A DNA stretch of 64,000 bases from Paramoeba atlantica (GCA_977017575.1 CDRNVI010000021.1:248001-312000), one strand, 5' to 3'. Numbered from the stretch's first letter, positions 30,094-41,968 are shown. Notes: generated by a model not told the origin, from the sequence alone. Made by a program: numbers and translations.

Positions 30094-33000
30094 ATGTCGG
30101 AAGAATCCATAGTGGAGCAAAGCAGTGACGATGAAACTCCCGTCATCAATCTGATGAAGTCACAAACAAAGACTGCAGGATTAGTGAATCTTGGCGCAAC
30201 ATGTTACCTCAACTCACTTTTGCAAGTTCTCTTTTCTCTTCGCCCTTTTCGTGAAGCTGTCTACAGTCTTGAAGACAAAGGAAACTTGAATGATATTCCT
30301 TCTGCCCTGAGAGAGATTTTTTATCATATGCAGACGCAAACTAAGGTCGTGAGCACGGAACGCCTAACTAATGCCTTCGGTTGGAAAGGAGAAGACTTGG
30401 TAGTACAACACGATATACAGGAGCTAGCGACCAAGTTATTTGACGTCCTTACATCGAAAATGAAAGGGTCGAAGCACGAGTACCTACACAGAGATTTGTT
30501 CGAAGGAAAACAAGAGCAATGCATTGAATGCTGTGATGGAACATACACGTCTCGGAGAGCCATACCTTTTTACGAACTACAACTGGAAGTGCGCAATCAC
30601 AATGACGTCTGCAGTTCACTTCGGCAGATCACTGAACCAGAGAAGCTCACCGGTCCCAATAAATATCGTGTAGAGTACGATGACGGGAGTCCTGCGCAAT
30701 ACAAAGATGCAATAAAACGAATCGTATTTAGGAAGCTTCCACCAATTCTAATGCTTCACCTGAAACGTTTCGAGATGGATTTTGAGAATGATCTGCAACT
30801 TATCAAAATTAATGACAAATACATGTACCCAGAAAGCATAGATTTTGCGGAATTTGTTTCTGAAAATGAGAAATGCCATATTAACATTCCTTACGAATTG
30901 TGGGCTGTAGTGGTCCACTGCGGAACGTCTCACAATGGGCATTACAAAGCGTATATTCGTACCATGGAGCCTACCAAAAAGGAAAATGAAGCAAACGAAC
31001 AAAGACAAAACGGAGTAAAGAAAGAATCAGATTCCGGAGATGAAAATCAAACTTCTGCAGCTGAATGGGGTTCGTGGTTTGAATTTGATGACGAAACTGT
31101 AAAGCCAAGCACGAGGGAGAGTGCGATGACGGAGCTCTACGGGGGATTTACAAGAAACGCGTTTGGCCATTCCATTCCTCGTACCGGAAATGCCTATTTG
31201 CTTCTCTACGTAGATAAGAGCAAGGCTGTGGAGCTCATTTCTTCAATGGATATTACTGATATACCACATGCAGTGAGAGCAGAGTTTGAGGCCCAACGTC
31301 GGAAGCGTCTAAACGAAGAACGGGAACAAGAGCGTAAAAATGCTCTAGTTCACATCAAGGTTCTTACTCATCGAGACCTTGCACATTTTATTGATCAATA
31401 TACATGGGGGCTGTGGACCGACCACCTTGATCCCGATCGCGCACAAACATTCACATTACAATATGATACCACAAAGCAGGACAACCTTCACGGTCTAGCA
31501 CTTGAGGTTGCTTCGTCGATTGGTGTACCTTCTTCGCATCAGCGCTACCATTTGGGCTTGGTCTCAGTGCGTGAGCGGCGGAAGCACTATGTCTTCTCCC
31601 CACGAGTCATAACCGACGAGTCGTTGCACTTGTCTATCGGTGAACTGTTTCAATCGGAGCTCCGCGGTTGCGAAGGTGCGTGGAGCTTTGTCCTTCTACT
31701 TGAACCCTCTATGCCTCGCTGTATTCCCCTCTTGGACATTGTATCAAACGGAATCGCTTCCTCCTCTTCGCACCGCGACGACATGCCACCAGAGAGTTGT
31801 GCCCTTGTTCAAAACGGCAAGGGGTTTTTTGCCGCAGCCGAGAGTGACAGGCATCCCTATTGGAAATTAGACCTAGGCACCACGGCCCATATCAATTACC
31901 TTGTCTTCACAACTGCATGGCAGCTCCCCTCTCAATCTTCATTGGTTCTAACCCTACTGGGTGAAGATGGTACGGAAATTTACAAGTATCCGCTTTCGCT
32001 AGCCGCTCCAACTCGTGGGCACCGACCAGGATACACCGTCATTGGTCATGCAACGAAAGGGCTCGATACTCGGGCACGATATGTTCAAGTAAAGAAAAGA
32101 GACTCCTTATCCTTATTCGCGCTAAGTACCGTTATGGTGGTTGGCTATCCGACTGAGGTAGCTGTAAAAGATACAGAGGTAGGACCTAATGACTCGTTCC
32201 TCGTCTTTCTTAAGAGCATCACACATCACGGTATGCTGCGTTTTATGGGATGCGTATACATAAAGTCCTGTCTTCCAGTGATCGCATATACATCATATTT
32301 TCGTACCTTGCTTGGCGTAGAAGACAGCGCTATTTTGAATTTTGCGATTGAGTCTTCAGATCCTTGCGAGGATGAAACTGTACCACTCTCAACACCCTTG
32401 CATTACGTGCCGCTACACTCGCTCAATGGCATTCGTGACGGTTTTACTCTTCTAATTTCTTCCACGATGAAAGACGAAACGGATTCATGCCCGGATTCTA
32501 CATTGCAAGACTTTACTCAAAGGCTGGAAAAGCTCCATAGCGTAAGATTTGTAAAATGTTACTCACTTGCTGCGCCAACCGTGATTCAGTTCAGATTGAG
32601 AGTAAAATCCGATGCTTCGTATGAGCGATTGTGTAAAGAAGTTCGCAAGAGTCTAGAGTCTCAATTAGGCGTTGAATGCCACGAGAGTAATATCCAATTG
32701 ACAGCCCCCAGTTTGACGCATGATGGCCCTCAACGATGTCCACTTCCTTCCTACAATCCTTTTGCGTTGGAAGAACATTTAAGCTCATCGAAAAATGGTT
32801 CTCGCTCACCGTACGGCTATGAACTCTGGTACAGCATTTTGAAATCATCTAGGAAAGAAGTAGAAGCGCATGGCAACATTACCATCAGTTTCCATCATAG
32901 TAGCGGGGAGGAGATAAAGCAAAATGGTGTCCCTATGTCCAAAATGTGTAGCGTAAAGCTTGGTTTTAAGGTTTCTGATCTCCTGCGCACTCTTCAACTA

Positions 33001-33504
33001 AACCCTGCTGATTGGGTTATGGTGAAGTATCTCACGGATGATTGTTTAATCTATGAGACCTTTGACCAAGACATGGCATTGCCCACAATACCAGATGAAA
33101 ACTTTTCATATCGTTTGTACAAAAAACTTTCTGAAAGTAACACAGCGGAGAAGACAGAAATCGTACGCATGTGTTCCGCCTATGTGGAGCACCCCAGCCC
33201 AACACTCAATTTTCTTTTCCAAGGTGGGTTTCTGCGTTTGTCAGAAGAAACCACGAAAAAGGAGCTCATTGAAGAAATTCGCACTCTGTTCGAACCTTTC
33301 AAGAGCAACAAAGGAATACATATTCAGGATGTACGCCTCATGAACGTTGATAAACAGTTGAGAAATTACACGTACCACGGTGTAAACGGTCCTACCCCTC
33401 TACTATCCGTGCTGAAACGTTCCCAGCAAATTCTTATCCTATGCAGAGATCCTAATAAAGAAAAAGGCGCAGAATTTCAGCTAAAACTAGAAAACGATTC
33501 ATAA
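30094..33504 (+). CDS. USP7/Ubp15-like ubiquitin C-terminal hydrolase (C19), no N-terminal MATH seen
   Basis: GLVNLGATCYLNSLLQ, QHDIQE, VVHCGTSHNGHYKAYIR, WFEFDDETV, NAYLLLY; long C-terminal region. Confidence 0.85.
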   Translation: MSEESIVEQSSDDETPVINLMKSQTKTAGLVNLGATCYLNSLLQVLFSLRPFREAVYSLEDKGNLNDIPSALREIFYHMQTQTKVVSTERLTNAFGWKGEDLVVQHDIQELATKLFDVLTSKMKGSKHEYLHRDLFEGKQEQCIECCDGTYTSRRAIPFYELQLEVRNHNDVCSSLRQITEPEKLTGPNKYRVEYDDGSPAQYKDAIKRIVFRKLPPILMLHLKRFEMDFENDLQLIKINDKYMYPESIDFAEFVSENEKCHINIPYELWAVVVHCGTSHNGHYKAYIRTMEPTKKENEANEQRQNGVKKESDSGDENQTSAAEWGSWFEFDDETVKPSTRESAMTELYGGFTRNAFGHSIPRTGNAYLLLYVDKSKAVELISSMDITDIPHAVRAEFEAQRRKRLNEEREQERKNALVHIKVLTHRDLAHFIDQYTWGLWTDHLDPDRAQTFTLQYDTTKQDNLHGLALEVASSIGVPSSHQRYHLGLVSVRERRKHYVFSPRVITDESLHLSIGELFQSELRGCEGAWSFVLLLEPSMPRCIPLLDIVSNGIASSSSHRDDMPPESCALVQNGKGFFAAAESDRHPYWKLDLGTTAHINYLVFTTAWQLPSQSSLVLTLLGEDGTEIYKYPLSLAAPTRGHRPGYTVIGHATKGLDTRARYVQVKKRDSLSLFALSTVMVVGYPTEVAVKDTEVGPNDSFLVFLKSITHHGMLRFMGCVYIKSCLPVIAYTSYFRTLLGVEDSAILNFAIESSDPCEDETVPLSTPLHYVPLHSLNGIRDGFTLLISSTMKDETDSCPDSTLQDFTQRLEKLHSVRFVKCYSLAAPTVIQFRLRVKSDASYERLCKEVRKSLESQLGVECHESNIQLTAPSLTHDGPQRCPLPSYNPFALEEHLSSSKNGSRSPYGYELWYSILKSSRKEVEAHGNITISFHHSSGEEIKQNGVPMSKMCSVKLGFKVSDLLRTLQLNPADWVMVKYLTDDCLIYETFDQDMALPTIPDENFSYRLYKKLSESNTAEKTEIVRMCSAYVEHPSPTLNFLFQGGFLRLSEETTKKELIEEIRTLFEPFKSNKGIHIQDVRLMNVDKQLRNYTYHGVNGPTPLLSVLKRSQQILILCRDPNKEKGAEFQLKLENDS

Positions 33505-33723
33505 TAGTCTTGGCAAGGTTCAAGGGAGGTTGCACATAGAATTTGTATGACAGATCAAAAACGTTCTTTACTCCTTATGCCTCTATATATTCGCTGTATA
33601 AGCTTTGATTGACTACAAAAAAACCAGTAGACATTACTCCAGACGTAAAGCAATGCCTATTCAGGAAACGCACATTTTAAATGAACATCTATTGCGAAAA
33701 ACATATTATTGTTTAATTATTTA

Positions 33724-34296
33724 ATGTTCACACGACGAGGCTGGAATCCCATCTGGATGGGAGGTAACTTCCTTGGAGTGGGACCTCGCGAATCGCAAGT
33801 GCTCAATGTACAAAGTTTCGTGACCTCTGGTGCGACATCACAAGACATTGCGAAAACTATCCCACGCGTGTGGCGGAGAGGTGGAAAATTTGACCTCATC
33901 CTCCGCCAGGACCTTTACGATGAGCTGCTCAAGATTCCACTACGTTATTCGCTACACCCATTTGAGAAACTTCGTGAACAACATGCGAAGTCTGACTGCG
34001 GCTATACTATCCCACTAGGACCCGTAGATAAGGAAGACCCCTGCCCGTTTCACGTTCATCGGACCTGCACAGGACGGCTTCCAGTGAAATGCATTCCACT
34101 CACCACAACAGAGTGGCGCCTCCTGCGCACGATGATTCGAAGGTTTGATGGAGACGTGTTCCGCATGGAGGAGGAACTCGTAAAGATTTTTCCCACAAAG
34201 CGGACGTACGTTAAGCCTGCCGAAGTTGTGATTTGGGGTGTAGGCCTTGACGCCGCACTGCTCGTACGTTACTGGTTACTTGGTCTTGGGTTCTAA
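33724..34296 (+). CDS. Mitochondrial ribosomal protein mL49/Img2-like
   Basis: FHVHRTCTGRLPV..TMIRRFDGDVFRMEEEL..G.....VRYWL..LGF. Confidence 0.7.
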   Translation: MFTRRGWNPIWMGGNFLGVGPRESQVLNVQSFVTSGATSQDIAKTIPRVWRRGGKFDLILRQDLYDELLKIPLRYSLHPFEKLREQHAKSDCGYTIPLGPVDKEDPCPFHVHRTCTGRLPVKCIPLTTTEWRLLRTMIRRFDGDVFRMEEELVKIFPTKRTYVKPAEVVIWGVGLDAALLVRYWLLGLGF

Positions 34297-34666
34297 TTAA
34301 GAAAATCATGTGTTTAGTTATTAGAATCATCTATGTACAAAAATACAGAAACAACTAGTAGAGAAAGGGAAGCGTGCGCTAAAATAATCTTTCTTTTGAA
34401 ATTGCCCAAAAACAAAATTTAGCTACAGATTGCGGTGGTTGTATAAGTACCGCTCTACCCTCGATTATTCGAAAAAAAAGTGAACAGAAACAATGAAAAT
34501 ATAAAGAGGAACACAGTAATATAATAGAAGAAAAAAATATAAAAGAGGGCTCCGGTGGTCCAAAATTGAAAAAAATGGGGGGTCTAGGGCCTATTTTTTT
34601 CAAACTTTTTGCTTTTCAAAATCGAGCGTAGGTAAGTGGAAGAGTATGTCGCGACTATAATTTTCC

Positions 34667-34938
34667 ACCTCAGCTACCATTCTACGACGTTTTTTACGAC
34701 AGATTCGCCTCGTACCCCTGGTAAGGTTTCGAAAACGGCCCAAATTCGGGTTAAAATTTCTCAATTTTAGTCGAAAAAGGGAGATTTTTCACCCCAAAAA
34801 ATAGATTATTCATGATCTTTTGGCGATGTTTCTTTTTTAGTCTCTTCGTTAAACGCGGAGATAGTTTTCAACGCGAAGCGCGCAGCATGAGTGACTTCGA
34901 AGTTGAAAACAACCACTGCGTGTAACGAAGAGCCTAAA
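34667..34938 (-). mobile_element. Dispersed repeat (hairpin-ended family) copy 2, with terminal 37-29-37 hairpin
   Basis: Homologous to 579-792 and 50232-50334. Arms at 34836-34872 and 34902-34938. Confidence 0.85.
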
Positions 34939-35060
34939 TTATAGCAAACCATTCATTCAGAAAACCGCTAAAGGAACTAACATTTACAAAAAATCAGGTT
35001 TATAGTTCACCCTCTCCCCCCATCCTCTATCCCCCTCTCCACCCCTCCCCCCCACACCCC

Positions 35061-37136
35061 ATGACCCGTCCCCGTAACCCTCCCCCCACCACCCCCCCAT
35101 CCCCCCCCACCCACTCCCCCGGTGATCTCGTCTACCTCCCCTCCCTCGAAGCCCTTGCCCTTATTGAGCGTCTTCTCCCCTCCCCCCCTCCCCGCGCCAC
35201 CCTCGCCCTCCTCGGTCCCACCCCCACCACCCTCCACCGTGTCCGTCTCACGCTCCCCCTCTCCGCCCTCTCCCCCCTCCCCCCCTCCCCCCTTCTCACC
35301 ACCCCCCCCACCACCCCCCTCCCCCTCCGTCGCGTCCTCCCCTACCAGCTCCGCGAGGCCCGGCACCTCGCGGCCCTCATCGCCTCCGGGGCCTACGACG
35401 CCCACTGGCCCCACTGCTTCCTCTGCGACCGCGACACCGGGACCCTGGTCCTGTGCGACGGCTGCATGAACAGCGCCCACCTGGGGTGTGTGGCGCTGAC
35501 GAAGGCCCCGAGGGGGGAGTGGAGGTGCGCGGGGTGTGTGATGGGGGGAGGGGGGGGGGAGGGGGGGGGACCCGTGGAGAGTCCCGGGGAGGTGAACGCG
35601 AGGGTGGGGCGGTTCGTGGCGGCGGTGCGGGGGGTGGTGGGGGAGGTGGGGAAAGGGGATGGGGAGGGGTGGTTTGAGGAGGTCCCGACGGTGGGGTTTG
35701 GGGGGTTGGAGGATTATCATAGTGTGGTGCGGGATCCGGTGGATTGGGGGATGGTGAGGGTGAAGGCGGAGCAGGGGGGGTATGGGTCGGTGGAGGAGGT
35801 GAGGGGGGAGGTGAGGAGGATGACGGAGAACTGTGTGCGGTATAATGGTGAGGGGAGTGAGTATGCGACGGCGGCGCGGGGGTTTGAGAACCGGGCGGAA
35901 GGGGTGATTGAGGAGTTTATGAAGACCAAGAAGGGGGCGGTTCTTCAAACGCCGGTGGGGCTTTATGAGATGGCACAGTTTTATGATTGTGACATGTCGC
36001 AGTGTCGACGTCCGTTCTTGTTTCCCCCTAATGCGTCGTTTCGCACATGTTCGGTCTTGATCACCGTATGGATACCTCCGTGGGCATGTGGAGGAGGCTC
36101 GTACCGCGCCAGGTACTCCACAGACAGAAAAATTCCCCCAACAAAAGGTAAGATTCTTGCGCTAACTCCGGACGGGAAAATACCTCTCAAAGGAGTATTC
36201 GGCCGGAAAATTTTCCTACAAGTTGTAGTGGAAAAGGAGGGCGTCGAAACTTCGAAAATAGCGACTGGGGAATACTTCTTTGTTAGAGAAGGCAAAACAG
36301 AGGCCGATGACCGTCAGCAGCACACGTTGCGGAGGGACAGCAGACAACAAGAAATAGAATTACGCAAGGGTTTAAAATCGACTACCAAAGAATCGCGGGG
36401 TCCGAGTTCGTCATTAAGGTCATTGCGAAAAGAACAGTCTCCATCAAAAGCAGGTGTGGAGTTAAATTCCAAGGGGTCCTTAAAAGAAGCTCAAGTTAAA
36501 GGAACTTCAGGTCACCCGGAAAATAAACCGCCTCAAGTGGTGAAAAAAGCACGAATCGACGTCCCGTTTCAGCCTATCAATTTACAACGCCGAGCGGACC
36601 CACTTTTTAAAGTGCAGTCTTGCCTCTACGCTTCAACATGCACTGTTGCGACGTGTGGACATTTATGTTCGTTACCTAGTGCAATATTACAACGAGCGGT
36701 GGTCAATCGCTGCACGCTACGGTACCCTTTCTTTCTCATTCAAAGGGTTTTTGTTCAGCAAGTTGTTTCCGAGGAGGAGCAATCCTCATACTCTGATATT
36801 CTTAAACGTTGTTTTCCCGAGGCATCTTCACCAAACAGTGGACATTCTACTTTTCAATACAATTTTCAAGCCATTGGTTATCCGATTTCTTGTCTTTTAA
36901 ATGAAGTTGCAGACAGAATTCATTACTTTTTGATGACTTCATCGGATGATCAAGTTGATTTGCGTTTAAAAATGGAATATGACAAGACACTCTGCGCTTT
37001 TCATCGCCAGCAAGGATGTGAAATGCAGGCTATCTCCGAAAATTTAAGCATACACGACCTGTGGAACGTGCATGTTTGTCTGCATGACTTGTGTACTTTC
37101 ATAGAGCTTAATTATTCCTTGATATTCTCGCAATAG
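35061..37136 (+). CDS. PHD finger + bromodomain chromatin protein (possible C-terminal MRG-like domain)
   Basis: CFLC..LVLCDGC..SAHLGC..PRGEWRCAGC; DYHSVVRDPVDW..NCVRYNG..Y. The C-terminal assignment is tentative. Confidence 0.8.
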   Translation: MTRPRNPPPTTPPSPPTHSPGDLVYLPSLEALALIERLLPSPPPRATLALLGPTPTTLHRVRLTLPLSALSPLPPSPLLTTPPTTPLPLRRVLPYQLREARHLAALIASGAYDAHWPHCFLCDRDTGTLVLCDGCMNSAHLGCVALTKAPRGEWRCAGCVMGGGGGEGGGPVESPGEVNARVGRFVAAVRGVVGEVGKGDGEGWFEEVPTVGFGGLEDYHSVVRDPVDWGMVRVKAEQGGYGSVEEVRGEVRRMTENCVRYNGEGSEYATAARGFENRAEGVIEEFMKTKKGAVLQTPVGLYEMAQFYDCDMSQCRRPFLFPPNASFRTCSVLITVWIPPWACGGGSYRARYSTDRKIPPTKGKILALTPDGKIPLKGVFGRKIFLQVVVEKEGVETSKIATGEYFFVREGKTEADDRQQHTLRRDSRQQEIELRKGLKSTTKESRGPSSSLRSLRKEQSPSKAGVELNSKGSLKEAQVKGTSGHPENKPPQVVKKARIDVPFQPINLQRRADPLFKVQSCLYASTCTVATCGHLCSLPSAILQRAVVNRCTLRYPFFLIQRVFVQQVVSEEEQSSYSDILKRCFPEASSPNSGHSTFQYNFQAIGYPISCLLNEVADRIHYFLMTSSDDQVDLRLKMEYDKTLCAFHRQQGCEMQAISENLSIHDLWNVHVCLHDLCTFIELNYSLIFSQ

Positions 37137-37320
37137 CAAGGACTATTTTCCATTCCGGGCAACCGTTTTGTCTACAGGAGTTTGAGGGATGAGTGGGGAA
37201 TTACGTCGTTGCAGCTTAACTAATCGTAGTTATACATGTACTTGAATTAGTATTTTGATGTTTAACAAATTTTTATACTATAGCACTATTGCTTTTCCAT
37301 TTCACTGTTCATATAAAGTC

Positions 37321-37812
37321 ATGTACAACAGATATGCCCTGCGACTCTGTGCGCACGACATTGCAGCACGTAGCGTCACGAGCGTAGGACTTACACATTA
37401 CGGAACCGGTCTCACGTGTGGGGCACAGAAGCCTCATTACACTAATGACAGCGATCTGTTCCCCACGAATGAACGGGGGCTGAAACACACCAGCTTAATA
37501 GCGGAACCCAACACGGCTATCTACGACAGCTGGCTTCCCTGGTCCTACTTCCAACCTCACAAGGTAAGCATCCAGAAGATGGGAGTGCCGGACGCAAAGT
37601 ATTATCAGCGCTTTACGAAAAAGCCTTGGGATCTGTCATCTACGGAATACAATGAGTTAATCCACCGAAAACGAATGTTCCATACCGCATGGTTTGGTGT
37701 TATGATTTTTGTTGTGTGCTTTATTTGCAATAAAGGAAATCAATATGCCGGCCTGAGAGGGCTCGATGGGTATTGGATAGCACTTCCGGTAGGCAAACCT
37801 CATAAATTTTAA
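37321..37812 (+). CDS. Predicted mitochondrial single-TM protein (163 aa), unassigned
   Basis: Arg/Ala-rich N-terminus; C-terminal hydrophobic TAWFGVMIFVVCFIC. Confidence 0.55.
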   Translation: MYNRYALRLCAHDIAARSVTSVGLTHYGTGLTCGAQKPHYTNDSDLFPTNERGLKHTSLIAEPNTAIYDSWLPWSYFQPHKVSIQKMGVPDAKYYQRFTKKPWDLSSTEYNELIHRKRMFHTAWFGVMIFVVCFICNKGNQYAGLRGLDGYWIALPVGKPHKF

Positions 37813-38283
37813 CCAGAAAAAGCGATCTGATTCAACAAATAAAAAATAGGCCCAACGGGGTTCGATAAAGGGAATATGATATCCATTTCAGAATAGTTAA
37901 TATCGCCGATGAAAATTAGTATTGCTAACGAAATGAATTACAAAGGGGGATTTCTTGGAACGGGTGACTTTTCATTTACCTACGTAGAAGAATGATTCCC
38001 AGATTTAGGCAGGTATAACTGCGGAGCGTGTAATTGCTCGGTAACTTTTATAGCAAATTTGTACTCTTTCAATTCTTTCATGTACAGCTTCCAGTAGTTG
38101 ATAGTAAATAAACTAACACTTTCTAATATACTGCGTGTTGTTCCGCACTACTTTTATTTTCATCTACAGTGTCATCTGTAGTAACTATTACAGACCCCAA
38201 TAATACGGAGGATTCATTAAACTTCTGTCCATTTCTACAAATTCCTTTTGTTTACTACCCCTACCTCATTTGTCTACCATACG

Positions 38284-40935
38284 ATGGCAGCTTTGCCCCA
38301 TCAATGTCTCTACACCACGGGACGGATTCTTGTCTGCGAAGAGAGCCAAGTTGTGGCGTACACCGTTCCTACGTTTACCAAGGCCCGTACTCAATCTCCC
38401 CAAAATCGGTCACATCCAGACACTCCTGTTGCCTATACTGTGCAGCCAACGCCAATGTTCACTCAATCGAATCAGGAGAATAAGACAAAAAGCTCTTCCC
38501 TGTGTGGAGATGCCCCCGTCGCCGTATGGGGGTTGTCTACCCTACGAAGAGCTCCCAGAGTATACAATACAACTTCTGCAATTTCCAAGAAAAATGATAG
38601 AGAAACCGAAGAGAACCACATTGTGGGCGCACGCGTAATTTGGGTAAATGGTATTTACATGGATATTGATATCGTAACCGGCAGTGTGGAGCACATGGGA
38701 CAGATTCCGTTTTACAAAGATAAGGCCGAGCGTAGTGTTGTGTCAGCACATCCGTATGGCGAACATGGAGTGCTATTGATTACAGTAGCTGAAAATACGC
38801 CTGAACAAGTTGAGGCCACAGTATGGGATCTATCACGAGCTCTTCCAGCGGAATTGTTTCGATGGGAAGCGTGTCCGTCGACCGTCGTTGCCGCGTGTGC
38901 ATCGGAAGAAATTCCATCTACAGAGCACGTAGCAGAAATTGGGTCCTGTGCCCCAACTCGGGCGCTAGTGGCCCTTACGCATGACCGACGCGATGTGGTG
39001 TGGTATGCCCCTGCTGGGTATAAAACCATAAAATTAGCCACAGAGCTTAAAATTACGCTTTCGCTCCCTTTAAAGTGTGTCGTCCAGTCGCTGTACTGTC
39101 ACCCACGCATTTCCTCTCTCGTAGCGCTTAGTGTAAGTGATGGCACCCTGGCAATGCTGCGCGGTATGGAAAGCACTGGGACAAGTCTCCAGGAAGGGTC
39201 TGTTTTTATGAAGCGCTGGCACTCGAACGCATTCGCTGCCGCCTCGTGGGGTAACGGCGGGAGTCTAGGCAGTGATAATACTTTTTTTACCGGAGGACGA
39301 GAAGGGGTGTTGTGTACATGGTCGACCGTCACGTTTAAAGTATCCACCCTACCTCATTTCTCGGGAACGATTGTCCATATTTTGCCAAACTGTGCGAATC
39401 CGAGTGAGTTGGCCATTTTACTGAACACACATCGTGTTATCATTACCGACACGGGGAGTAATAAAATGCTAATGGAACTCAATGGAGTGTGGATTCGGCG
39501 TTTCGGAACACGTGTAACACAGCTGCGCACGTTACGTTTTCTGTCCAAACCCTGCGTTGCTTGCTTCGGCGAAACAAATGACGAAGTGCGTCTGTTCGAT
39601 GAGACCTCTGGGAAGGTGGTGTGGAGTATTGCCCCCACAAATCAAAAATCAGCTTCCTGCCGCGACCCTGCGGAGGATACGCAGTGTACTCAAGTTGTAG
39701 CAATCTGCTCTTTGCAGTATTGCGGTACAGATCACTTGGTAATACTCGAGAAAAACAATATACAACTGCTCGCCGGACAAGTAATGCGCATTCTTCGATT
39801 TTTTCATTATGACGCGCATGTTCGTAATCTTACCTGTAACACCGTTGTGCATGAACCACATTCTCAAGCCAGAGTCCGTGATACTAGCACTGACGGATCA
39901 CAAGACACCAGAAACGAAATTATTATGTGTCCTCATCCGATCGATGGAGTGTTGCTTACGGCTAGTTCTCAGGAATCGAAACTTTGGAAAATGGAAGTGA
40001 GAGTCGATGCATATGACGCGGCCGATGTAAACGATGGGGCCAGCATCCAATGGGAATGTATTGGAGTTCGGTTCCTGGGGACCATAACAGCGGCATTTAC
40101 GAAGGACGGCTCCGTACTCGGCTGTTGCCACTACCCCGGAACATCCTACGTATTGTATGACACACAATCTCTCCGACGTGGCGAGCAGTGGGCTGTTCTG
40201 AAAGAAATTAATATGCCAGAAACATCCTCTGCGAGCTCCTGGTTGCGAGATGCATTCTTCAGTCGTGATAGTCAGCTTCTTGTAGCACATGATATGCACC
40301 AATTCTACGCATGCAATATTTTGAGTCACGCCAAAGAATTCTCGGCGACCGGATCCTTCGAATCACGTATTAGAAAGTGCTTTGCAGTTGGTATCGAAGG
40401 TGTTTTCGCCTTGTGGACCGACAAGGATATTTCATTGGTCAGATTGGTCTCAGAAAAGACTTCAGATGAATCTCCGTTGGTTGTGCGAAGTGATATAGTA
40501 TGCCAGGAAAACTTGTCTTTCAGTGAACATATTCTTGATGCAGCCAGCATTCGAGTCCAATCCCCCTCAATTGCGTCATTTTTATTTCTACGCAAACCGA
40601 CAAGTATCAGAGTTGCGCATGAAAATCCTATATTAGACATTGTGCTTTGGGAGAAGCCCATAGGTGGCGAAATAGAAATAAAAAACGGACAGGTAAATGC
40701 TTTTCGACGCGCACAGACAACCGATTTTCCTGCCATCGATGACTTAGATAACAAAAGCAAGGGAAGCAAGAACGTAATATTTCGTGTTCATCATACAGAT
40801 CTTCAAAAAAGTGACCCGGAATATTCGTCAAATAGAGAGAAACCCGTTCAAAGTTCACTCTCGGAACTATTCAATGCGCCACCCTATGAAATGCCCCCAA
40901 TATCTACTATTCTTTACAACTATTTGATGAAATAG
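38284..40935 (+). CDS. WDR75: WD40 protein, WDR75/UTP17-like (SSU processome)
   Basis: KRWHSNAF..FFTGGREGVLCTW..LPHFSGTIVHI; C-terminal LFNAPPYEMPPIS..YL. Confidence 0.65.
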   Translation: MAALPHQCLYTTGRILVCEESQVVAYTVPTFTKARTQSPQNRSHPDTPVAYTVQPTPMFTQSNQENKTKSSSLCGDAPVAVWGLSTLRRAPRVYNTTSAISKKNDRETEENHIVGARVIWVNGIYMDIDIVTGSVEHMGQIPFYKDKAERSVVSAHPYGEHGVLLITVAENTPEQVEATVWDLSRALPAELFRWEACPSTVVAACASEEIPSTEHVAEIGSCAPTRALVALTHDRRDVVWYAPAGYKTIKLATELKITLSLPLKCVVQSLYCHPRISSLVALSVSDGTLAMLRGMESTGTSLQEGSVFMKRWHSNAFAAASWGNGGSLGSDNTFFTGGREGVLCTWSTVTFKVSTLPHFSGTIVHILPNCANPSELAILLNTHRVIITDTGSNKMLMELNGVWIRRFGTRVTQLRTLRFLSKPCVACFGETNDEVRLFDETSGKVVWSIAPTNQKSASCRDPAEDTQCTQVVAICSLQYCGTDHLVILEKNNIQLLAGQVMRILRFFHYDAHVRNLTCNTVVHEPHSQARVRDTSTDGSQDTRNEIIMCPHPIDGVLLTASSQESKLWKMEVRVDAYDAADVNDGASIQWECIGVRFLGTITAAFTKDGSVLGCCHYPGTSYVLYDTQSLRRGEQWAVLKEINMPETSSASSWLRDAFFSRDSQLLVAHDMHQFYACNILSHAKEFSATGSFESRIRKCFAVGIEGVFALWTDKDISLVRLVSEKTSDESPLVVRSDIVCQENLSFSEHILDAASIRVQSPSIASFLFLRKPTSIRVAHENPILDIVLWEKPIGGEIEIKNGQVNAFRRAQTTDFPAIDDLDNKSKGSKNVIFRVHHTDLQKSDPEYSSNREKPVQSSLSELFNAPPYEMPPISTILYNYLMK

Positions 40936-41140
40936 GAATTCCATCGGAACTTATTATCGTGACGCTACTGTACTTCAAGTCCTTTACCATTTTATCTATG
41001 CACAGGAAATTATGCTTTACTGGAACTACCTAACACTGAACCATGTGGTGGACGAAAAATCCTTTTTGTAACTTTGACGACAGAAAGTTTTAATAAGAAA
41101 TACATTTCATAGTAATTCTTTTTATCTATACTTCTACAAC

Positions 41141-41578
41141 ATGGCCCCAGGGAAGAGGGAACGAGGAGGGAAGGGGAAAAAAGCTCAGGGTGCCTTAGGT
41201 CAGCGGACAGCAAAAGGTGGAGCATTTCTTCCTGGCGATCGCAAACGAAAGCGTAGAGGTAAAAAATTCGAGAAGTGGAGTGCCTACATCCATAAAGTAC
41301 TCAAAGAGGTTCATCCCAATTTAGGTATCAGCACGCGTGGCATGAAAATCATGAACTCCTTTTCAGAAGATATGTTCGACCGTATTCATAACGAGGCGAT
41401 CGCACTATCAAAACTCAATAGAGCGAGAACACTCTCCGCTAGAGAGTTACAAACAGCATCCCGCTTGCTGCTTCCCGGAGAGCTTGCCAAACACGCCATG
41501 AGTGAGGGCACGAAAGCCGTAGCGAAGTACAGCGCCTCTATTGTTCAAGAGCGTACAGAAGCCCGCGATGAAGAATAA
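41141..41578 (+). CDS. H2B.V: Histone H2B variant of the kinetoplastid H2B.V type
   Basis: [61 protein letters not shown]; extended N- and C-termini. Confidence 0.85.
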   Translation: MAPGKRERGGKGKKAQGALGQRTAKGGAFLPGDRKRKRRGKKFEKWSAYIHKVLKEVHPNLGISTRGMKIMNSFSEDMFDRIHNEAIALSKLNRARTLSARELQTASRLLLPGELAKHAMSEGTKAVAKYSASIVQERTEARDEE

Positions 41579-41968
41579 CCACAACTGGTAATCACGTCAG
41601 TTATTTAGCAAACGCATTTTAGTACAATGTGACGTAGTGTATAGAGGACATTTTATTCATATTTATGAGAACAGAAGAAGCATACACTAGAGCTTTCGCT
41701 TTAGTTGCACCTACAGCTCTCTATTTTTCATGCGTAGTTGGAGTTCTTTTTTATTTAGGACGTACAAAATTTCATGGAGCTGCAGATAAATCAGTACGAC
41801 GCTAACATTAACTCAAACTTTTAATACAACGAATGCGAAAATGTGTGAAAATAATATTGCATTCTGACATTCATTTAAAGTTTTGAGTGTACTTGCGAAA
41901 AGTTCACGGGAATTCATTTTCTTTTTAATTTTTTTCATTTCCTATTCAACTTTTCCTACCTTGTTTTT

